A stretch of 58,818 nucleotides of DNA, filler included, from Dugesia japonica (lineage: Eukaryota): assembly GCA_001938525.1 (NCBI GenBank). It is 6 parts of 6 records of this genome, joined end to end, with 100 filler letters (N's around TTAATTAATTAA, not from the genome) between each part and the next. Parts side by side here need not be neighbours in the genome. Positions count along the whole stretch, not along the records: positions 47,789 to 58,818 come from MQRL01479055.1; 5 more parts are not named here. One strand, written 5' to 3'. This document shows, one piece after another, positions 50,801 through 58,818 of this stretch (the stretch's first letter is position 1; the number at the start of each line of letters is the position of its first letter). Made by a program: the position numbers and the translations under genes. The notes under the pieces are model-generated. The model had not been told where the DNA came from and did not search any database. It saw only the letters and a program-made list of their open reading frames with translations.

Positions 50801-53105
50801 CACTATGTAATGATTTATAAAGAATTAAGATTGTACCAGAGATTTATCCCGCCTAAAATATTTATTAAATCTTCCGTAATATGTCTGGTTCTTAATTCTC
50901 CAACTATAGTTTTAACGGATTAATACACATAAAAGAAAATATTTAGCTTTCGGAAAATTAAACGTTTATAATGCATAGGAATATTGCTTAATTCATATTA
51001 CTTTTATTGATTTCTAACTCTAGAGCCAAGAATTGCCGTATTAGTGCGGCCCGCTGACTAACGAATTTGATCTAATGCGGTCCGAGAGATCATTTAAGTT
51101 TCAGTCCCCTGCTCTACACCATTCCAAGTTTTTTATAATCTCAATATACGAATCATCATTGAATATGATTTGAAGAAGTATGTCCCACTCATACATTTGA
51201 AGCTTAACTACACAATATTACTCCTAGATTTGAGTTGATAACAGCAATTGTTTTTAAGATTAATTAATGTCCAATGACGGCAATTATTACGGCTAATAAC
51301 TGTATTTAGCACAAACTCTCTTTTACCTCACTATATAACCTTGTAAACTATGTAACTCTTCTAACAATGTTTTTTGAAAACTCAATTCGTCTATCCAAGT
51401 CATCTGCAATTACTGGTGTCATTCGTGTCCGTTTGAGAGTAATTATTTATTCATATTTGCGAGTGTGTTTTGAAAAGCGGGTTGAAATTTTGGTTTGATT
51501 GCTGATCATTTTTTTATAACATCTTTTATTTAAAAAATATTTAAATTATAGATGAAAATTTTAAATAACTTTTTAAATTTTAATGAAAATTAATTAAAAA
51601 TTAAGATTTTGAATAAAAAAAATTTGGTTTCAAATTTTATAATGACAATTGAAGAATACAGTAAATTTTTTTTAAATAACTTTAAATGAATTTTAAATAA
51701 TTTAAAAAATGATCACCAATTAAAACATGTGATTTTAATTTGTTTGAATAAACAAATAGTGTTGGATATAGTTTTTATTTGAAATAAATTTTATGGGATT
51801 GAATTTTGATATTGATAATCCGATGAGTACTCAAAACTCTTCTAACAATATTCATTTGAGAGTATTCGTTTATTTTATAGAAAACAAATCGTAATCCAAT
51901 ATTATTTAGCTGGCTGAAAATGAACATAATTTCATAACAATTATTATATTGATAACCTATGATAATTTCATAATTTATTCTATTGAGAGCATAGCATAAT
52001 TGCATATCATTTAGCCTGTTNNNNNNNNNNNNNNNNNNNNNNNNNNNNNNNNNNNNNNNNNNNNNNNNNNNNNNNNNNNNNNNNNNNNNNNNNNNNNNNN
52101 NNNNNNNNNNNNNNNNNNNNNNNNNNNNNNNNNNNNNNNNNNNNNNNNNNNNNNNNNNNNNNNNNNNNNNNNNNNNNNNNNNNNNNNNNNNNNNNNNNNN
52201 NNNNNNNNNNNNNNNNNNNNNNNNNNNNNNNNNNNNNNNNNNNNNNNNNNNNNNCTTCATTCTCTTAACTTTTTCTGATAAAAATGAAATTTTATCCTTT
52301 AAATTTTTATTTATGATTCATAAGTGGTTTTTATTAACTATATGGATGATGGTAACCGTGTGGAGCTTTATATTTCAAAAACTGCTGTATTAAATTATGG
52401 CTTGATTTTTACATTATTTTCATCTTTTGCATTGGAATTCAAGATTTGAGAAATTATTCATATGTTCAATTATTTGAAAAATATTGAAAGTTAAAAACTT
52501 ATAAAATAACATTAATGTTAATTTTATTTTAAATAATACATAAAATTAAGGTCATTATTAATAATCTAATTTTAGAAATGATACTATTGAACTTGCAAAA
52601 TGCTTAAATAATTATAAGTTTCAAATGGGACAAATTATTAAAAAGATGAAAGCAAAGACTGCTGAATTAACTATGAATATGTCAGAATCTTTACAATTGC
52701 AACATGAAGTCAAAGTAATCGAATGTAATTTTAAATATAAAATTATTCACTTAGTGTAGGCTAAAGAAGCAATGCTCAAAGAATTATTTTGCCAAATTGA
52801 AAATGATGACGTAGCATTTGATGACTTTAAAGATTTACTGAAAATAAACGAAGTAAAACAACAAAATTATATAAACTATCATAATTTTATTTCAGATAAA
52901 AAATTATGACAACGTTCATCGGTATCAATTGACAAATGGAAAATTGACAACCGCTGAACCTAGGCCAAATGCATATATACCTGAAAACGATACTGATCTA
53001 CCGATTCCCAGACCTTATGGAGCTAATGCGCCCTTTCATCCATCAGAAACTGGCTCTAATATAAGACATATAAGAAAACAAAAGTTGAAACCAATAGAAA
53101 TTTGA
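47803..53105 (+). CDS. CCDC146: Coiled-coil domain-containing protein 146, 3' part; exons 47803-48041, 52576-52714, 52760-52852, 52896-53105
   Basis: [10 protein letters not shown]...[11 protein letters not shown]; diagnostic C-terminus [13 protein letters not shown]...[32 protein letters not shown]-stop; introns of 4534, 45 and 43 nt keep the frame. Confidence 0.93.
48827..50026 (-). mobile_element. Near full-length decayed mariner in the CCDC146 intron
   Basis: Inverted ends TTAGGTTGATAA.AAAATAATTGTGGTTTT, TA on both sides; LHDNSRPH and [14 protein letters not shown]. Confidence 0.93.
50394..51111. mobile_element. Non-autonomous hAT element
   Basis: Ends CAGGGGTGTCAAAC / GTTTCAGTCCCCTG; 8-bp duplication CTCTATAC / CTCTACAC. 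Confidence 0.85.
51170..51470 (-). mobile_element. Tc1/mariner-superfamily transposase fragment
   Basis: DDLDRRIEF...[13 protein letters not shown]. Confidence 0.45.
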
Positions 53106-53479
53106 GAACTGAGTTATAATCATTTATCTTTTAAAATCTTAAAAGCTTATCTTTTTAGTTGGATTTAATGTAATTTAAGTTACGGTTAATTTATAAATGA
53201 TTATTGTAGTTATAATGATTATAATAATAAATAGCAATATTTACCAAATATTTGGTCCATGTTTTGATTTTAAATGTTTTTACAAATTTTCATTTACAGG
53301 TGCTCTATTTACTTTTCGTATGTTTAAAATTATTTTATGGGAATATTTACATTTCAATATTTACGATTCAATAATCTGTTCAATTTCATTATTGCTGTAT
53401 AATAATATTTATCAGCAATTTTTAAAAGTAACAAATAAATTTTTTTACCTCCTACGATTTTTTAAAAATGAATTATATC

Positions 53480-54108
53480 TACGGGTCCAGGTATCCGGTT
53501 TTGCACCGGATAGTCCATTAATTCAACTGCTTGTCCGGTTGTAAAAAATAGAAGGACCTGGTGTACATTTGTCCGGTATTCCTTCCGACGGTTCAAATAT
53601 TTTTTAATTAATTTTTTTTTCACCTCAGTAGGCTATGAAAAATTCTATTTTATAAAAATTATAGTTTAATATGTAAAATATTAAAGTAGTATTTAAATGG
53701 ATACACTTGAAGGAACATCTTTTCTTGAAAAGTGGAACTATTTTTTTCAAAAAGAGCCTGCACCAAATTTATTAAAAAAGCTCAGTTCGTCTTTTTTGAT
53801 TCCAGTTTCGAATGCAAATGTTCAAAGGATTTTTAGCGTAATGTGCAATCTATGAACCAACGAACGTAATCGAATGTCGATAAATTTAGTTAAAAGCGAA
53901 CTTTATATCTTCTTAAATATTTCTTATACATGCCAAAATGTAAGAGAAATATTTTCTTAAATATAAAACTGCTAAAAGCTATTTCCCAAAATGAAAAATA
54001 TAAAAAAAAATAAAAAAGCATAGTTTTATTTTAAAATTTAGTTTTATTTAAAAAAGTTTCGTTTTAAAATTTTGTCCGGTCTTTTTTACGGTTTACCTAG
54101 CAACCGTA
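53480..54108 (+). mobile_element. Internally deleted hAT (Blackjack-like) element
   Basis: Perfect 8-bp duplication ATTATATC; TACGG...CCGTA ends; dimerisation domain IPVSNANVQRIFS...ERNRMS. Confidence 0.88.
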
Positions 54109-54348
54109 ATTATATCAACATTATAATGTTTCATTAATAAATCTTCTTCATCATTTAACTTTTCATCCACTGAAAGGACAAAGACTAAAGTCTAATATTT
54201 TGCTTTTCAAATTTTGGGATATTTGATAATTTCATAGGCATGTCTTTTTCCGCAAACACTAGTTTGGACATGTACTTATCATATTTAGTTGCTCTAAAAC
54301 GATTTTCAATAATCTCATCTTTCTAAAAATTGCGAGGATACTATAAAT

Positions 54349-56662
54349 CATGTGTCAACATTCTTTTCATGTAGGCGTGCCATTTTTTTGTCCTTGAGCG
54401 TTTGTGTGCCACGGCTAAAAATGCTTATACATTCTTTTCAATTATGACCGTACAAGACTAAATTTAGCCTGTGTTTACTTTTAGGATCCCATAATTAAAA
54501 AGTTATAAAAAAGTAAAAAACGAGTAAAAACAGAAAACAAACATTAATTATGTTTAACAGCAGTATTTAATGTGAGCCTTGTCCTTGAATAGACTTGCTT
54601 AATTTTTTGATATCAGGCTTATAACTAGTTAACTTGAGTTTGATACACGAATCAGAATGTTGATCTGTCAAACAACTTCTTTGTATGTTCAATACATACT
54701 TCATATAAGAAAAAATTTGCTCATACAAATATGTCGAATCAAATGCAGAAAGTACAACACAAGCTATTTTTTAGACATAGATTTATCAGGTAATGACAAC
54801 CAACAGTCTGAAATAAATTTCCCCGTTTCGTCTGGTCTATTTCGCAGATTATTTCGTAATTCGCTAAACTTGATTTTCCATAATTTTGATGAAGTCAATT
54901 CAATGAGCTACATTAATTTCTCAATCTTTAACCACTCTAATACAGATTAATCAGACTGAAAGTTTACTGGATTAAGTCTGGTTTAATCAGAAGATTAAAT
55001 AGGTATTGAGTTATCGAAATCTTTACATTTATTATCGGTCTCTTGCTTAAGTAACTTGATATAGCACAGCAATTCTTTGATTACAATATAATTTTCCGCA
55101 AGATTCTTAACATTTGGAAAATATCTATAGTTTTCTGTGTATATATAACGCTTAAAAATATATGTTTAGAGCTAAATCCTTTCCCTTATTTTTACCATAC
55201 TGTCTTACATTTAATTCATTTAAATGCATTGTTAAATCTGTTTGAAACATCAATTTAGACAGCCACTCCACATCCTATAATGCGATACAGGATGGTTTCC
55301 ATTCGCATAAAAAGTTTTTAATCTCATCTATGCATGAGACAAATTTGTTCAATACATTCCCTCTACTAAGGCAACGAACATGACAGAGTAGTGAAGATCC
55401 TCATATTTACAGTGAGTTTCTTCTTAAAAGATTTTACATTATCGTTGCATTAGAAATGAACGAGACACAATCAAAATGAACTAGTTTTATTACCTTATTC
55501 ATTAGCAAATTTAAGCTCTGTGAAGAAATTTTCGCAACCAAAGTTTATTAGTGTATAATACAAAACTTATAACTTTATGCCCAATATAATTTTTAAAATG
55601 CTTAACAAATCCTTTTTCTTTACCAACCCTGTAAGGTGCATTATCTGTAGTAATGCTAAATATCTTATTCATAATGCTTTTTGGGTTATTTACAAATTTT
55701 ATAAATGTATGAAAAATATTCTTTCCTTTAGTTGCCCCATCAAGTGAACAAAGACAACACAACTTCTCATAAATATTATTATTAGCGCCATATCTAACTA
55801 TCATAGCTAGACACGCAACATCATTAATATCTGTATTTTCATTAAGAGTAACAATGAACAAAGTTACTTTTTGCAACGCATTGTTTTGCTTTGACGATGT
55901 ATCCTGCGTCATTTGGAATATTCGTCTTTCTATTGTCCATGAAGATGTGGGTATATCTTGAATCCATGATAAAATTGTCTCTATGTTTCGTAAAACATCA
56001 AAAAACATTTCAGAACATTTGTAAATAGCTTCTTTTACGTGTTCATCATCAGTAAAATGTTTTCCCTTAGTACCAATACAGTGACCTAAAATAAAGCTGC
56101 ACTTCGTTGCTCTACCTTTACTTGTTAGCGTCTGGCGAAAAACTGTGATTTGCCGCTTCACTTCTTCAATTGTCCTTGTGATACATAATCTCTTCATTAT
56201 CAGTCGAGTATTTTTGCCGGTGTTTTGTGCGAAAATGTCTTTGTACACTCTTTCTGCGAAATTCAACACTTTCTCGAAAAACACAAATTTAGCTTTATCT
56301 TTAAACAAAACAAATCAACATTCTTCCTTTCAACTCTTTTTAAGCTCGCACATCGCCTTTTGTCTTTTTTCGAAATGTTTGATCATTTCTGTTGGAATTG
56401 GATTGCATAAAATAGTTATTTCCTTGTATAAAAATATTTTTTATTATTTAAAACACGAAAATCTAACAAATATTGCTATGCAGATAGTTTTCATATATAT
56501 ATATCATATCAAGCACATATCGATTTCAAAATAAAAAATAATACTTTCTACAATTACCAACATATTAAAACGTTTTGCAAAATTTATAAATTTTAATTAA
56601 CTATTTAAAAATTTGCTTCACGTGCCACTTTTGGCATACGTGCATTAGGTTTTCGACCCCTG
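54349..56662 (-). mobile_element. Decayed hAT (SPIN/Buster, GTF2IRD2-like) transposon; longest ORF 55511-56308
   Basis: GKHFTDDEHVKE, LNENTDINDVACL, TKGKNIF, SITTDNAP; terminus CAGGGGTCGAAAAC at 56662. Confidence 0.88.
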
Positions 56663-56989
56663 GTTTAACTTATGGTTTTCTGTTACTATTTGTTACTATT
56701 TTTATTGTTACTCCTCTTTCATTTTAATATAACATTTTTCTTTGAACTTTTCGCTTTAAATTTTTAATAAATTAATTAAGTTAGGTATTGCTCACCATTC
56801 AGATCTCTTGCGATAAAATACTGGCATAGTTACAAACCTTTTTATCTACAATGAACATATATTTAATTAAATTTCACATTTATATTAATTAAATTCGAAT
56901 TACTAACTATATACAATTGTTAATATATTTTAAAATTCAATCAAAAATTTAATTTTACTCAACACCAACAGAAAAATGGAAAAAAGCCA

Positions 56990-57300
56990 ATCATTCCCAG
57001 CTGCCAGAACATGCCATTTGTGAAAAATTCATGTAATCTATTAAGTTCATGATCAAGACCATTTCAGTTGAAAGTATATAGGAGCAGCTTGCAACAAATG
57101 CGATATAAACCGAAGAAATTAAATACAGCCCCCACCATATTTCACAATTAAATAGGATACAATCTATATCACATACTGAAGCATGGACTTAATGAATTTC
57201 CTTATTTGAATATCTTCTGCCTGCCCACAAGTAGCGAGAAATATTTATGTTTAATATTTCATCAAAGCAAAACAACAATAAAATTTAAAGACTCTTATAA
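56990..57300 (-). mobile_element. Tc1-like transposase fragment
   Basis: VKYGGGCI, similar to the Tc1 VKHGGGS motif. Confidence 0.4.
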
Positions 57301-57747
57301 ATTCATCCTTAGGATAAATTTATAAGTCGTTGAAATCAACTCCTTTGACAAAAACGAGCTTAACAACAACCGATTAATTAATAACACAGGTATGGAAAAA
57401 TTGAAAAATTATGATAATATGGAACTAGAAGGGATCCTATTAATAATATTTTTAAAAGGAATTAACAATTGAAAAGAAACAAAATTCACCGAAAGAAGCA
57501 TTTAATTTAATGAAAATAGAAGACAAATCAAAAAATTATTGAAAGGAGAATGGATGAATGAATTTACTTAAGATTTATTTACTTATTGAAAAATGTTTTA
57601 TAATTGTATTCTGGTAATAAAAATTTAATTTTTTATCATATATTTTACCTATTTTCTCACGTTATTTTAATTCTTTTTTTAATCTGTTTATTAATTCTAA
57701 TCACGATAATTAATATCATAATAAATTTAAAATTTTAAAGATTTTTA

Positions 57748-58728
57748 ATGTCCAATAATAATTTGTTAAGAAGGCCAATAAATGAAGAAATTGAAAATAA
57801 AAGAGCAAAATTAAATTTATTAGGTTAAATTAAATTTCATATTTATAAATTAATTTAACTTTTTTGTAGACAGTGATAGAAAAGCTTATTCTCAAAATGT
57901 GCAGGATGCACTTCAAGATTGTAAAAAACGAATTCTAGAATTAAGAAAGGGAAATAGTAGATTAAGAAAACAGTTATTTGAAAAGCTTAAAGTATCTTTA
58001 TTTAATAAATAATTTATGTTGAAAATATTCAATAAGAGTGATGAACATATAATTAATCAAGCCTTTCAAAGAAATACTACGGAGAAATCTATGTTTGCAA
58101 ATAAAACTAGCAATGTTAAAATAAATTTTTATTTTCATTTAATAATTAAATAGAGTGCTTTAGAAATAATGAATTCGAAGGTTTGTGATAAAGCGAAGCA
58201 ATTAAATTTGATGAAATACTTAAGTATTGCAAAGAATATTCGCTTGGAAAAATTGAATGATCAATATGATACATTGAATTTTGAAGTACTTTATGTGAAT
58301 GATACAATAAATGGGATAAGTAAAGATGGTCGAGAAATGCGAAATTTAGAAAATCGCTTAGATAAAGCTAGTCTAAAATGCTCTGAAGCTCAACAAATCA
58401 ATAAAATTTATATACAAATAAAATATAAATTACAAGAAGTATAACTTAGTTTAAATGCAATAATAACGATAAATCTTAGGAATATTTACATTACGGCAAT
58501 AATTTGGATGCTTTAGAAGATGAAATAATCATTTGCAACAAAGACTTGTGTCAAATTAGAGTATTGTATAAAGATTCTATAATTGCACGAGATTTTGCTA
58601 TCAAAGAACTAAAAATCAAGGAAGATCAAGTTTTCATAGAACGTAAGCGAAGAGAAAAAGAAATCCAGTACATGAAAAAGGCTGTGGAAGATAAACAAAG
58701 TACGTCAGAAAAAATGGAAAGAAGATTG
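57748..58728 (+). CDS. CCDC151: Outer dynein arm docking subunit 3, 5' part; exons 57748-57823, 57870-57991, 58037-58114, 58154-58438, 58480-58728
   Basis: KLNLLDSDRKAY, MRNLENRLDKASLKCSEAQQI, ARDFA, ERKRRE; introns of 46, 45, 39 and 41 nt splice in frame. Confidence 0.92.
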
Positions 58729-58818
58729 GTTAGCTGAAATAAATTTTGTTCCGACAAAGTATCTCTAATTGTAGATATTATGTTTAATTATTATATAACA
58801 TAAATGAAAGTCGCCACT

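Noticed and set aside
51775-52260. 161-aa ORF
   Set aside because: Half is an N gap; the rest has no recognisable motif and is antisense within the CCDC146 intron.

Overview
Very AT-rich eukaryotic DNA, apparently from a ciliated animal. Host genes have tiny GT-AG introns (about 39-49 nt) plus a few multi-kb introns filled with transposons. An orthonectid-like genome such as Intoshia would fit, but that is only an inference. The window is not one locus: five identical 100-nt linkers (44 N + TTAATTAATTAA + 44 N) join six scaffolds (1-8378, 8479-18806, 18907-29025, 29126-37962, 38063-47688, 47789-58818). Host genes: ERGIC3 (2 exons), an unnamed coiled-coil gene, an LCAT/PLA2G15-family gene, CCDC146 (3' end) and CCDC151/ODAD3 (5' end). 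The rest is mostly decayed mariner/Tc1, hAT, Helitron, Ty3/Gypsy and Penelope elements. Highlights: (1) a Polinton/Maverick-like remnant (capsid, packaging ATPase, pX-like protein) carrying an intact, intronless, divergent TBP-like gene head-to-head with the ATPase; (2) a Gypsy element in which a chuvirus-type glycoprotein end is in frame with the protease with no recognisable gag between them, followed after integrase by a second membrane protein and a long unknown ORF; (3) minimal hammerhead ribozyme motifs tied to Penelope, some in palindromic pairs; (4) a Maverick terminus plus DNA polymerase B fragment nested in a mariner. All family calls come from manual translation and motif recognition, not database searches.
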